This document shows positions 22,240 through 36,030 of a stretch of DNA of 36,383 bases, piece by piece; position 1 is the stretch's first letter, and every line of letters begins with the position of its first letter. Origin of the DNA: Octopus sinensis (lineage: Eukaryota). The DNA lies in assembly GCF_006345805.1 (NCBI RefSeq), contig NW_021824685.1, positions 1 through 36,383 of the forward strand, in the 5' to 3' direction. Under the pieces are notes generated by a model. The model was not told the DNA's origin. It made no database searches and saw only the letters and a list, made by a program, of their open reading frames with translations. Both the position numbers and the translations under genes were made by a program.

Positions 22240-23190
22240 CGTTGGGAGATTGTTACTTCCTTCCATCAACACTGAAACTCCCCACCCCTTTTAATAAAGC
22301 TAGTTTTATTTTCGATGGAATGAGGGAAGTTGTGGAAAAATCCCGGGCAGGATCTGTTCGAGGGCCAGGTGACTTCGTTAATGGGATTTTCAAAAACTGT
22401 CAGCTACTGCTGAAGAAACTGGCACCACTTATAATTTTTACCTGGAAGAATCAGGAATCTTGTCTGAGGACACTTGCAGACGGATGTTTGTCCCAAATGA
22501 AGAAAACTCAGCAGTTTCGTGAGAAAGATATTTTGGTCCACCATAGCGAAAAGATTAACAACAATACTTCTCACAAGCGAGTGCATCGTGACTGGTGTCC
22601 AAAAAGCCAGAATCCTCTTTTAAGCAGGGTTCCTGGGTCATACATCAACAAATAACCACATCATTAAGGAGGCAAAGAAGAACAAAAATATACTCTAAGT
22701 GGCATGGTTGGATCTTGCTGAAGATTACCCAACTGTGCCCCAATCTGCTAATTCTAAGTCCCCTGGAGTAATACTACCAAGTACCAACAGCAGTAGCCAA
22801 ATTTGTAACGTCGCACAGGATTTCTCTAAAACCGAGTTTCAATGTAGAAAATTTGATCATCAACTGGTAGAGACGCGAAAAGGGCATTACGGCATGGTGC
22901 ATAATTTCCGTGCCCCAATTGGTGGCCGCCAAAACCCTTCTATTAGAAGTGGGATTGAAGCAGTCTTGATGACATGGAATTGATACAGACAAGAGGTTTC
23001 CAGTCTGCTGGGAATTCAGGGGTGATCTAATGGTCATGTTCATCAGTCCCAGAGACAGGGTAGTCATTGATCTTGCTGGAAAGCATGGCCTCAGGATCAC
23101 GTATAAGGTTTATCTAGAAAAATCTCGGAGTTTGTGTCTCCTCAAAAGAAGGCTCACAGATAACATCTTCAGCATCCAAAGATGGGAATA
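22240..23190 (+). mobile_element. Decayed reverse transcriptase of a HERO-like (restriction-like endonuclease) LINE
   Basis: Successive broken frames: VVEKSRAGSVRGP..FKNCQLLLKKL; ADGC; GVQK; IKEAKKNK..VAWLDLA; EKGITAWCIISV; FRGDLMVM (FMDD equivalent); KSRSL. Order and spacing match HERO/R4-type RTs as I recall them. Confidence 0.7.
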
Positions 23191-23982
23191 GGAAAACAAA
23201 TAGCTGATCAGCTTGGCTGTAAAGATGGCTTTTAAGCTATCATGCAGCGTTTTGTGTCTGCCTACGCATGTGAATACGTACGTGTGAGTAAGCACGTATA
23301 CTTGGCGATATTCTAAGATTACAAAATATATATTTCATTTACGCAGAATCATAAAATTTTATAACTTTATCGAAAAATCGATAAGTAAAATTTTATTTCC
23401 TCTTTACTTTCACAACCAGCTCTTTAGATCCTAATGCATTATATTCAATACCATCAACAGGAATTTTATATTTAAGAAATTTCTTATTGTTTTATTATTT
23501 TGGTTAGCTCAAACGAATTTGTCAAGGTTTTGTGTTGTAATATTTTACGTAATCTGTAGTGGATTATAGAAAATGCAGATAATTATTGCATACAAACCTA
23601 AAAGCAATAACTATACATAACCACATAACACAGACAGCCACTGCCATACACACACATACACACACACATGCACATACATATATATGTATATAAACATATG
23701 TATATATCTATATAGATGCTTAAATGTGTGTATATGTGAATGCATGCATGTACAACCGATTTGAATAATTAATATTGCTGACAGTATGAGTTCTAATTAA
23801 ATACCCTAATAATTACTGGTATTCATTGTTGTCATCGATGCAGAAAGGGCACAAAAATATTCTTAGTTAGGGTTGGACATTATTAAGGGGAGAGTTCACG
23901 AAAAAAAGAAGGCAAAAGACGAAGACAGGTGGTGTACAAAACAAACAGATGTATTAGTATAACGTTCAGGAATAGAAAAAGT

Positions 23983-24018
23983 CGTTTACGTTTCGAGCCT
24001 ACGCTCTTCTACAAAAAG
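23983..24018 (-). ncRNA. Degenerate minimal hammerhead-like motif in a Penelope-type repeat
   Basis: Minus strand: CTTT TTGTAGA A GAGC GTAG GCTC GAAAC GT A AACG. Perfect 4-bp stem II, palindromic ACGT stem III, GUA triplet. The CUGANGA box is mutated and stem I has one mismatch. Confidence 0.35.
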
Positions 24019-25171
24019 GGACACAGAAAAAAAAACTAGAGAAACAAGGAGAGAAAAAATGTGTGTAGTGGCTACCGATCTATCATTGGACATTAGTAAT
24101 ATTGTTATCTGACAGAACCTACTGAAATGATATTGGTGTAGCGGATATACATGTTTTATTAATTTTCCCACATTCTCAACGTTGTCTGAGAAGAACAAGA
24201 CATTGTTAAGATTGAAGGATTTTGGATTACGTTAAAGAACAAGGAATATTGGTAAAGATCTGTCAAAACCTAGACAAAAACGCAGGCTACGAGTATTAAC
24301 TACATCATATTTAGATTATTCTGGAGAAACAAGCAATCGTTTGTTTTTTTTTTTTAGCAGCTAATTCTTAATCTCAAGTGGAGTTTCCAAGCTTTAGAAT
24401 TTAAGGGGGGGTTTATGAAATACACAAAGAAAAAGTTATTACAATTATACAACACAAAGAACTAGTTGAAATAAGGTGAACAGTGTGTAGGACGTGTCGA
24501 TTGATAGATCAGTGTGATTAAAATCATCATTCACGTATTATTCAGAGGGTAAATATCGGGGAGGAATCTAATTCTAGAGGGCAATATTTCTTTAAAAACT
24601 GGAAAGAACTACCCAGAATTAACGATAGTCAGAATATGCAGATAAAACCGACAAAACTCCAGTAGGTACTAAGTACCTAGAAAATAGAAAAAAAAAATCG
24701 ATGCACACAAATACGTAACTAAAATACTGGGACTGACAGGTAAAAATACAAAATATATCACTTCCCATTGCACCTATAGAACATCGAACAGTCTCAATAT
24801 AGGATTTAAAAAAACAAGCGAAACAAATATAAAGGTTTAGCGTTTCCAAAACACTCATCTGTCTGCAGTGTAGTGAAGCACGCAATAAACACCAAACTAT
24901 TGAAATGATAACAATAATGTTACATGGAATGGTAAAAATGTTTAAACGTGAAAATGAAACATAAATTCTTGTTACTCGGACAGATGTTCCATAATGTCAA
25001 AGAGTGAGAATAACACGAGCGCTGGATTTTGTAGCATTCAAACATTTGAAAAGGCGTAACTAACATTCTGTGAGTGTGTGTGTGTGTGTTTGTGTGAGAA
25101 GGATAAATATATATTTGACAGAAGTAAAAGCAGTCTAAGCAAAGAAGAGTTATGTAATTTAAATAGAAAAT

Positions 25172-25593
25172 GGATCTTTTCGGTTTGAACGGCAGTTTTT
25201 TCTAGCGGTGTCATATGAAATTGTCACCCATAATTATGACCCTAGTATCGATCTATTGCATTTCAATCTATTTTGGGGTTAGGGTTAGGGGTGGGAGAAG
25301 GGTATCTTTTTTCTTTTTTTTTCACAAATGTAAATAAACCCAATCTGTTTCTTAAACGAGAGACATATTCATACGGCACAGAATGTTTATAACCTCAATA
25401 TACGTCATTGATTGGTTGAAATTGCAGAAATTGAAGGAAAAAAACAACAAATATCTCACAAATTACGGAATTTTCTCAATAAAGCCAAGAGAAAAAGATG
25501 TTTTATAAACACATACTACCAGTATACGAAGTTTAAAATTTTTTAGTTACCTAGAAATTGTGTTAAAAACTGCCGTTCAAACCGAAAAGAACC
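25172..25593. mobile_element. MITE, copy 1 (422 bp)
   Basis: TIRs GGATCTTTTCGGTTTGAACGGCAGTTTT and AAAACTGCCGTTCAAACCGAAAAGAACC; 8-bp TSD TAGAAAAT at 25164-25171 and 25594-25601. Confidence 0.92.
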
Positions 25594-26373
25594 TAGAAAA
25601 TTCCCAATACCACAGATAAAATTTAAGTTAGCTTCTTTACAAACGTTGAGTGTATAGCGCTCGGGATTAGAATATGTGAAAAAGATTACCCTCACTGCGG
25701 CTTATAACTAAACGAATGATACTATTAGAGTACTGCGCGCCACCTGGCTGTTGAAAAGGTTTGTTATTGATGTTGCGTACCGTCCGCCAGAATGGAAAGC
25801 TTGCGACCATTCTGGAATATGATTGCAGAAAAGGTAGGAGATAAAATTTATAAATCGATTCTTCATGGTTGTATTTTTCAGTAGTTGTATTTGTGAATTA
25901 AATCCAAAAGCAAGGAAACCTTTATAATTATAAAGGAATTTCTTTCCAAGGTCAATATTTCTCTGGAATGAATTATCCCCATACGAGTACAGAAGGTAAA
26001 AATAATAATAATGAATATATAAAACACATTTCTGATAGATTCTTGAAGAAAAGCGGCTGATAAAGTAACAATATTACTTATATATATTTGACCACCAACA
26101 CTAGCCTTTTATGACGAATAACAATAATTCTTTTATCATAGAAGATAAATGTGATGGACACGAGAGCATTCCTTACTACGCAGAGGTTTTTGTGAGCAAA
26201 ACAATATTATGACAAGTAAAGGCAGTCTAGCCGGCCGCTAAATGCATGAAAGCTAACGATATAGACGCCTACCGAACACGAAATATTTTACGAAAATGCC
26301 TCTCTTACTCTACTATATACATGCTATTGATATTATGTCTGCTAGTAGCTGAATTTCTATACATATTATGCAA

Positions 26374-26805
<432 letters not shown>

Positions 26806-29721
26806 TTGGTACATATTTCGGAAAGAAACGTAATAAAATATTGTTATGCACTGTCAATAAAAGGAATATGTTTGAAGTTTTAGACATATCATTACGTACA
26901 TGGAGCATTATTAGAATGGAGAGTAGTATTTATTACAATTTCAAACTGAGAAACCTACCCCGTACAACTTCGATTCTTTTTCCAGTGGAGAAGCTATAAA
27001 TTTCTTCACACTCAGAGTGAAATATTGGAATGTTTGAAATTATTATTTCGCCTTCAACAGCTGTTTCTTGCAAACTTCAGAGTTAGACAGAATCAATATA
27101 ATTCTTCTTCTTAGTATCTGACAAGTATAAACAATATGATTCCTTTGTTTCTCAATCCGATGCGATTTTTTTGTTCAGTGTTTTACAACCTGAAACTCAA
27201 CCGTGTATTTTCAATTCGCTGCAGCAATGCAATAAATTTTCTTACAATATATTCTTTTTACTGTTCTTGTAATTCTAGTGTCACTTCCTGTGTTCTTGGT
27301 GAAACATAATAAAAGCTGACTTTGACGGTATCCATATGGAAAGGAATTCTGTGATATATGATTTTAAGGAAATCGTTTCTAATCATCGCTTCATGGAAAA
27401 CTCTACAGCAGAACATGACTCTGTCGAAAGAGCTTATCTCCAACTCTAATTAATTTATCATTTTCTGAATATAGATAGATAAAAAAAATATTTGTATTTA
27501 AAACGAGATGCATTACCAAAAAATATTAAGTACTTCTATATTCGAATCAGATACCCTATTCGTGAATTGAACGCCTGGTTATCATTGCAAATGCAAAAAA
27601 AAAAAAAAACCTTAGCCTAAATATTTGCATTCAATTTTACTTTAAAGTATAATTTTATCTCTAGAGGTAGACATAATAGGACAACATATATCATATATAT
27701 TTTTTGAGAAGTTCTGGTTCTGCAATTTAATAATTCTTTCAGACAGCATTTTGCAGTTTTGGAACATTATTTTAAAAAGCAAACCACTTACACAATTTTT
27801 TTTACCAAATTTTATTTTCTCCTTGTGTGTCGTACCGCCACTTTTACAGGTGTGTTTGTATGTGTGTGCGTGCACCTATACGAAAACAGTTTTGGATGTT
27901 TCCTGCAGATTCCGTTGACGAAATTACTATGACAAGTTACTGCACAATACGTGTCTCCTTGTATTATTTATCTGTAACGATCCAAAGTAGTATGGAATAG
28001 TTTCATATTGATTACATAATCTTTTATAAGCAAGAGATATTTCCTCATTACTCAATTTATTTTTTCTTCAATGATGAAAATATCTTACCGTGAATTAAAT
28101 GACGTAATTTATAACATTGGCAAACATTAAAAGAATATCTTTAAAAAATTGCATCGTGTACAGTGAGATGCAGAACGCTTAGTTGCATATCTATTTTTGC
28201 ATATCTATTCTTACAATGTCTAGGTATATTCAGCCGCAAAATATGCTGGGTGATGTAAAGTGATAGGAGAATAACGTCTCCCTTTTACGACGACAAAAGT
28301 GCTGCCCATATTGTCTGATGGGATAGAAGTTATTCTCCATTGACCTATACTGCAGCAATCAACATATTTTGCGACTGGAAATACTTTTAGCTTCTAGTTA
28401 TATTTCTGAGATCAAATCTCAGCGCTGGTCAAATTCACATAACGTTTCCTTTTTGTCTCTCCTTTTACGACGTTAAACGCTTGTCCTTTAAACGTTGTTA
28501 GGTTCCAAACATTTCTGATACGTTTCGAGACTCAGCAACATCCAAACCCGTGGCAGGACCGAAGAAAATGGCGGAAAACAAAACAATACTACACTGCAAA
28601 GATGCCTTCTTTTCACCGCATTGAAATCCGCAGAGAAATCTTTTCCCATTTCATTTAATCTCCTGTTACCTATCTTACAGTCATGGAACTGCTATGTTCT
28701 CTCACTCGTTGAACTTAATTGTTTTCTAAAATATATTTTCTTGCGGTAATGATGGCTAGAATTTTGATAATGATGACTGCTTTTCTATGCCAGCCCATAG
28801 CTATTGCAGACGTGACTTTACTCTCTTATTTCACAGCGTGTCTAGGAAGGCAGACTTATTTTTCGATTTAATCCATTTGTTTGTTGTTGACATTTTATAT
28901 TTCCTTCGTTTAGTTCTCATCATTTCTCTAACTCTTTTCTTTTATGGACAGAAATTTGCCACAATGTTTCATTCTTTACTCAAATGATTTATCGTATCCG
29001 GTTAAAGTCATTCGCTAATTTAGTCATGTTACACGGTGCTGATCACATCTAAGCTCTTTTTCCATTTCATATAGTAATTTATACGCCATGTTTGATTATT
29101 ATTTCTTTCAGACTTGGCTAATTTTATATATTTTCCCTTCTTGAATTGCTTTATTAATTCTTGAGCTTTTATTTGTAATAATGTCAATGCTAGAGTCATC
29201 AGTTATCATTAAAGCTATTGCGTAAAATTTTTGATATTTTATACTTATATATGAATTAGCTTTCGCTTTCATTTATTTTTGTATATCTCAATTATCAATA
29301 ATTTAACGGTTACTTTTTTTCATTAACATTTTAACGTTACCTGCAATGATATTTTATCAGTCCGCTGCTTAAGCTAAATTAATTACAACTATCCTTTCTT
29401 TAACTCTTTAAAGAAAAGTATAACGAAATCATTTGTATAAATTGTTTCCATAATTGCTACGACATTTTATTGCCTTTAATACGCCTTGGAAGAATTTTCA
29501 TTGTTTGTTTCATAATTTCTTTTACTGGCTTTCAAAGCTCTGCTAAACTAGATCATGTTGATGATGTTATTGTAAAATATTGAATATCTTTGCACTATAC
29601 TTCCTATTTGCATATAACATTTTCCCAATTTCTTCTCTTTCAAATATGTTTCTTCGTTATATTTTACTAAACTTAGATCAGTCTATTCCATGTATGGTTA
29701 GTTAATTGTATATTTCATTCT

Positions 29722-30033
29722 GTGGAGACGCAATGGCCCAGTGGTTAGGGCAGCGGACTCGCGGTCGGAGGATCGCGGTTTCGATTCCCAGACTGGGCGT
29801 TGTGTGTGTTTATTGAGCGAAAACACCTAAAAGCTCCACGAGGCTACGGCAGGGGATGGTGACCTTCCCTGCTGTACTCTTTCGCCACAACTTTCTCTCA
29901 CTCTTTCTTCAGTTGGCCTGCTCGCTTAGCCAGGGGGTTGGCGTCATTTGTAGGCTAAAACGATACGAAGCGCATTGTAACCAGTGATGTGTAGCAACGT
30001 CTGATAGTCTGGTCGGTAACGGTGATTACGGTG
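29722..30033 (+). mobile_element. tRNA-Arg-like SINE, tail type B
   Basis: Same head and body as type A up to ACTTTCTCTCACTCTT, then the tail TGGCCTGCTCGCTTAGCC..GGTGAT. 12-bp TSD ATATT(T/G)CATTCT at 29710-29721 and 30034-30045. Confidence 0.9.
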
Positions 30034-30386
30034 ATATTGCATTCTAGGATTAAATATTGTCGTATTTATTCACTCTTTAATAACATATATTACTCATGGT
30101 AGGAGACAATCAAAGTCGTACCTGCTTTTACTTCTAACACTTCCCAGCAACAATATTTTTTACGACATTAAAGCTTAAAATCATTTTTACAATTTGCAAT
30201 CAGCCTATTTTTAAATTCTTAAATAGTTAGGGAATAAACATCGACGTAGAAGAATGAAATTAAAATTTTCCACATATCAAATATTAATTGAGGTAAGTTT
30301 TAGCGACTATAACTATTGTGGGTACTGATTAAAATGTAAATGATACGGATTTGAATGGAAGACAATTCTTTTAAAGAAGAATAATG

Positions 30387-30719
30387 GGATCTTTTCGGTT
30401 TGAACGGCAGATTTTAATATAATTATTAGGTAACTAAAAAATTTTAAACTTCGTATACTGGTAGAATGTGTTTATAAAACATCTTTTTCTCTTGGCTTTT
30501 TTGAGAAAATTCTATAGTTTGTAAGATATTTGTTGCTTTTTTCTTCAATTTCTGCAATTTCAACCAATCACTGACGTTCAGTGAGGTAAATAACATTCTG
30601 TGCCGTATGAATACGTCCCTCGTTTAAGAAACAGATTGGGTTTATTTACATTTGTGAAGAAAGAAAGATTCCATTCCGCCCACCCCTAATCTTAACTGCC
30701 GTTCAAACCGAAAAGATCC
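30387..30719. mobile_element. MITE, copy 2 (333 bp, opposite orientation, internal deletion)
   Basis: Perfect 24-bp TIR GGATCTTTTCGGTTTGAACGGCAG; 8-bp TSD GAATAATG at 30379-30386 and 30720-30727; interior is the reverse complement of copy 1. Confidence 0.92.
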
Positions 30720-30746
30720 GAATAATGTCTTTAAAGTATTTATTAA

Positions 30747-30770
30747 TGTGTGTGTGTGTGTGTGTGTGAG

Positions 30771-30823
<53 letters not shown>

Positions 30824-30841
30824 GTGTGTGTGTGTGTGTGT
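30747..30841. repeat. (TG)n microsatellite
   Basis: Direct observation. Confidence 0.95.
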
Positions 30842-31700
30842 TATGGTTGTTTAGAGAAGGGGAGAAAATGTTCGGCGGTATTAAATTATTTCCCTTTGCT
30901 TTCTGACTTTGCTGATGAGGTTGAATTTCAATAACTGCTTCCAGGATCGCTGAAGTGATTATCAGAAAAATAATGGAGTGTTGGAGTTATAAGGAATAAT
31001 TGCGACTTCCTTTTATAATTCATCACGTGATTTTCATGAAATTGTTAGAGAGTCGGGCAAAATGCCATGGGTTCTTTTAACGCTTTTTTTTTTTTACTTT
31101 GCTGCTCTTAACATACTGGATTCAATTTTCACCGAGATGAAATTTACATGTTATTCTGGTATCGACGCAATATATTACCTTTCAAGTACCAGGAGGCATG
31201 GAAGAAGCAGAAGTTCTTGCTGTGGTTTACCGTAAATCAGTTTTCAGTCGTGGTTCAATTGGTACGAAGTCCGGATGACGTAATAAAGAGAAGTCGATTT
31301 ATGGTTTAGCATTGGGTTAAATTTTACAGTTGCTTTAATAGGGATGAAAGGAAGAAAAGACACTGTTGTTGTGGTTTCGACTTTGCTGTGTATTCTTCCT
31401 TTCTTCAGATGCTCCGCATTAGGAATGATGCCCGTCAGAGTGTCTGATGTGGTTTTCCTTAGGTTGCTGTTCTTTGCTTCAGGTGAAACAGTGCAGAAAA
31501 GGAATGAAGGGAATTGGTCGTCAGTTGGTCATTGGTCAGTCTGTGTTGGTTCACATGCTGCGTAGTGTTCATGATTGGAGGATGAGAGATTGATGTGGTT
31601 TTGCCGCTGGTCAGTTTTGTGTTATTTAACCGTTGACCTTCCCTGTTTGCTCATCATAACACACAGAGACACAGACACAGACACACACACACACACACAG

Positions 31701-31739
<39 letters not shown>

Positions 31740-31740
<1 letters not shown>

Positions 31741-32087
31741 TCTTTTATTTGTTTCAGTTACTTAAATGCGGCCATACTGGAGCACCGCAGTACTTATTCT
31801 ATCGACCTCTTTTGCCGAACCTCTGGACTACGGGGACGTAAACACACCTGGTTCGGCGATGATGGGGGAGCAATCACAGACACACAAAAACACACGCTCT
31901 CATATATATATATATATATATATATAAAGGACGGGAATCTTTTTGTTCCCCTCTACTAAGTCCGCTCACAAAGCTTTGGTCGGCTCGAGATTATATGAGA
32001 AGACAGTTACCCAAGGTACCACGAAGTGGGACTGAACCCAGAACTCTGTGGTGGATAAGCAAGCTGCCTACCAGACAGCCACTCCTA
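31740..32087 (-). mobile_element. CORE-like SINE, diverged copy
   Basis: Reverse complement of 13375-13796, including the internal (CA)/(TA) tract. Confidence 0.8.
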
Positions 32088-32311
32088 GCCATAGTTAGTC
32101 GTTATTAGTTCAGCTAATGTGCAGTGTGGATTCTGTCTGAAAGAGAAGTTGTTGTGATTTAGTCCTTTTATGCCTGCCGTCACGTGGTATCCACGCCATG
32201 GTTCTTTCCTAACGCCATTGATTGGATAGAAAGAAAATGTGACCAACCAAGTGAAATTGCTAACATACAGTTCCTCGATTGGTGATTCGTTCTTCCTTAA
32301 AGGCGAGGGGT

Positions 32312-32866
32312 GGGGAGCTGGCAGAAACGTTAGCACGCCGGGCGAAATGCTTAGCGGTATTTCGTCTGCCGTTACGTTCTAAGTTCAAATTCCACCGAGG
32401 TCGACTTTGCCTTTCATCCTTTCAGGGTCGATAAATTAAGTACCAGTTACGCACTGGCGTCGATGTAATCGACTTAATACCTATGTCTGTCCTTGTTTGC
32501 CCCCTCTGTGTTTGGCCCCTTGTGGGTAATAAAGAAATAGGTATTTCCTCTGCCGTTACGTTCTGAGTTCAAATTCCGCCGCGGTCGACTTTGCCTTTCA
32601 TCCTTTCGGGGTCGATAAATTAAGTACCAGCTACGCACTGGGGTCGATGTAATTGACTTAATCCGTTTGTCTGTCCTTGTTTGTCCCCTCTGTGTTTAGC
32701 CCTTTTTGGGTAGCAAAGAAATAGGTATTCGTCTGTCCTTACCTTCTGAGTTCAAATTCCGCCGAGGCTGACTTTCATTTTCATCCTTTTGGGGTCAGCA
32801 AATTAAATACTGTTGCGTACTAGGGTCGATCTAATCGACTGTCCCCCTCATAAGTTTCGGGTCTTC
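32312..32866 (+). mobile_element. Meta-like SINE trimer
   Basis: Head plus three bodies, with junctions at 32540/32541 and 32724/32725 (184-bp period); the last unit has an older-type tail. Confidence 0.9.
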
Positions 32867-33853
32867 TTTATTCCTTGTTAACATTGACAGTTCTTAATTA
32901 CGAAACGATATTAAAGAGCTTATCGGTAGATTAAAGAGATCACATTATTCTATTATGTTGACTGTATTATCAATGAATATATGAAAGCTACGACCTATGC
33001 AGGAATTGAACTCGTAACCTATTGCTTCAAACCGAACTCACTTCAGCATGATTTAGATGTAGATGCAAATAGATGTCTATGTATTTATGTGTCTTCTGTT
33101 CGTACAAATTGAACCACACTCACGCACATACATAAGCACATACACACACACACATACATACATACATGGAAACCTATATACATACATATATATACATACA
33201 TACATACATACATACATAATATTTGCGTGTCTATATCAGTGTATTTTCATTTACGAATATATGAATATGTGAACAGCATTCATCCCCTCGGCGTTTGAAT
33301 AAATACATACACACACACACACACACACACAGAGACAGACACACAGAGTGTACATGCACATACACACGCAAACACACACACAGCACATACACATCCACAA
33401 AACGCACAGCTTCTACAACCAGGAAACACACACACATACACACACATCAATATGGACGTGACTACATCAACTTTTAACTCCTATATCACTTTTACTCTCT
33501 CTCTCTCTCTTGTTCTGTCCCTCTCTCTCTCTTTCTGTCTCTCTCTGTCTATCTCTCTCTCAGCTACTCTTTCCGTTTCCCTCTCTCTCTCTCTCTCTCT
33601 CTTTCTTTATATCTCCTATGTTTCTTTTTCTGTCTATTTGCCATACACTGACAACTAATTCCCTTATTTGCATATTCCCCTTATACAAATATCAACTTAG
33701 ACTTTTGAATCTCTAATATTTGCTAAAATTTCGCGGTGTGATGTCAATTAAATAATTTATTCAGCTCCAACCCGACCAAATAAAGAATTATTGTAATGAG
33801 GTAGAAAGTTTCGCAAGAAAATCGTCAAAACAGCATCGTACTTCTCTACCTCC

Positions 33854-33854
<1 letters not shown>

Positions 33855-33884
<30 letters not shown>

Positions 33885-34050
33885 CTTCTTCTTCTTCTTC
33901 TTCTTCTTCTTCTTCTTCTTCTTCATTTTCATCTTCTTCTTCTTCTTCTTCTTCTTCTTCTTCTTCTTCTTCTTCTTCTTCTTCTTCTTCATTTTCATCA
34001 TCTTCTTCTTCTTCTTCTTCTCTTCTTCTTCTTCTTCTTCTTCTTCTTCT
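33855..34050. repeat. (TTC)n trinucleotide repeat
   Basis: Direct observation; source of the poly-E/poly-R ORF. Confidence 0.95.
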
Positions 34051-34584
34051 CCTCACCACCGCCATTATTATCTTCAACCTCAGCAAAAAACACAACAATT
34101 ATCATACGTTCACACAAACGATTTCGTCCAACTTACCACGCTACAACCAGAAATCTAATATGGTGTTTGTATAACTATTTTTGTTGTAACTTCCAGAAAT
34201 TTCTGTACACTTCAACTAAACTCAACAGTTTTCAGAAACATATCACGAGGAACTGTTTCAAACTTATTAATATTGCTAATATTCTTATAGACAAATACAT
34301 TTACTAATTTCGTTGGCACTGCATTAATTTTAGTGGCATCATTGTCATCTACAAGTGCGATGATGGAAATAGCTTGTAATTCTAGACGTATAGCTAGAAA
34401 GGCTTGTTTGTCATTAACTTGTGTCATACGGTTCACTTGTAAATTTTAAGCATTTTGCCAGAAGTCAACAAACAGTGCAGTTTGTAGACACTGACGGAAC
34501 AGATATTGCAATATCAAGGTTGGAATTTAAACTATAAATAGATGATTATTTACTGGTGATGTATCAGTCCGTATAGAATAAAAC

Positions 34585-35570
34585 CCCCGCCTACATTACA
34601 ATACTGAAAAATATTTACTGCGGTGCAGCATCAACCCCCGGGCTCCACAAAGACATTGGTAAGATGAAGCTGGAGAGAGGAGCAATGCGCGACGACCTCT
34701 TATCGAAGTTGTTTAAATGGTGACTGCAAGACGCTGTCATCAACAAAAAGCATCAACATTGACGGAGAACAACTATGCCACCTGTACTTCGCAGATGTTA
34801 TCATCTTTGCAGCACATATTCTTAATTAACGGGAGGAAGTGCTCACCTATATCTACACTAGAAGCCTCAACAGGGACCTTTGAAAAATCAAATTCATGTT
34901 CGACAGGCAACCTACGCCAGCTTTCGCCACCGTTAACGGCAAGACCATAGAGGAGGTAGACAGCTACGTCTCATCGAGAAAGATAGGGATGAAAGACGAA
35001 AATCTCCTTTCAGACATGAAGAGAAAGATAGCACGTCGTTGAGCGGCCTTTGAGAAGGTGGAAAACCTCACGGGAACTTCCAGGGTTTCCATGAAAATTT
35101 TGAAAAGGTTACGTTTATAATTTCGTTTTGCCAACGAATACATCGCACAAGCGATAATTTACGGCAGTGGAGCTTGGGGTCTCAATGCCTCATCATGGAC
35201 GTCCTCATTGTAATCAACAGAGAACAGAACAAATCAGGATCGGCGTCACTGCGGGACGCAAAAATCAACGCCTGCATTGGACAGCACACAAGAGACAGCA
35301 ACATCATAAGAACCACCAAGGAGAAAAACTATGGATGGTCTGGCAGCATCAGATGACTGAAGGACAACAGATAGAAAACCAGGGTGACGGAATGAATGTG
35401 GACAATATGAAGGCAATGGGCAATATAAAGAGGCAGATCAAAGACGGAATAGTGAGGTGATATCATCCTCCACCAGAGGCGACCATGGCAACACCTGACA
35501 AGAAACATACAGACATACAGTGGTGGAAAGTTTCCAAGGAAGAGGTTCTTCCTTCAGGGGTGATGAAGCC
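34585..35570 (+). mobile_element. Decayed RTE-clade LINE RT and C-terminus
   Basis: Broken frames: YITILKNIY..LHKD..KLERGAMRDDLLSKLF (cf. RGVRQGDTISPKLF); INIDGEQLCHLYFADV (cf. HLRFADD); IEEVDSYV; IYGSGAW; LRDAKINACI; WSGSIR*LKDNR*KTRVTE. Confidence 0.85.
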
Positions 35571-35954
35571 CTGGTTGGGATTGAATAAGACAGATTGTGA
35601 AGGACAGGATGAGAGAGAGAGAAAGAAAGAGAGAGAGAAAGAAAGAGAGAGAGAAAGAAAGAGAGAGAGAAAGAGAGAGAGCGCGAGAGAGCAATAATGA
35701 AAACCTGTAGGTAGTAAAATGTGATGACTGAGTGGAGTAGAGATTTGAATTGTGTACGAAAAATGCGTAAAAGAGAAGCAGAGTACGGAAGAATTGAAAA
35801 CTAAGTGCAATTAAAAGTCAATAGACTCGAAGGAAAATTGCAAACATTTTATCATATTCATTAATTGCAAAAATATAAAATGGGTAAATGTAACCAAGAT
35901 AAGATCGAACAAAAGCACAGTGTGAGAAATGTTGACATGAAATAGTCATTTACA

Positions 35955-36030
35955 GCCACCACTGTAATCGAATGGTACATATTTTATCGATCCAAGAATG
36001 ATGGATGGCAAATCAATGCTGGAAGTATCT
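35955..36030 (-). mobile_element. Highly decayed Meta-like SINE fragment
   Basis: TGGTACATATTTTATCGATCC..GATGGATGGCAAA..TGAACTTCAGAC matches the reverse-strand family body. Confidence 0.45.

Noticed and set aside
27050-27100. GAAACAGCTGT motif on the minus strand resembling the 12.7-kb HHR family
   Set aside because: The upstream box is CTGAAGT and stem I does not pair.
30910-30945. CTGATGAG with a small hairpin
   Set aside because: No downstream GAAA box or stem III.
31361-31412. CTGAAGA...GAAAC on the minus strand
   Set aside because: No stem I or stem II pairing.
34212-34436. 74-aa ORF with plausible composition
   Set aside because: No recognisable domain or convincing splice context; cannot be supported as an exon without transcript data.
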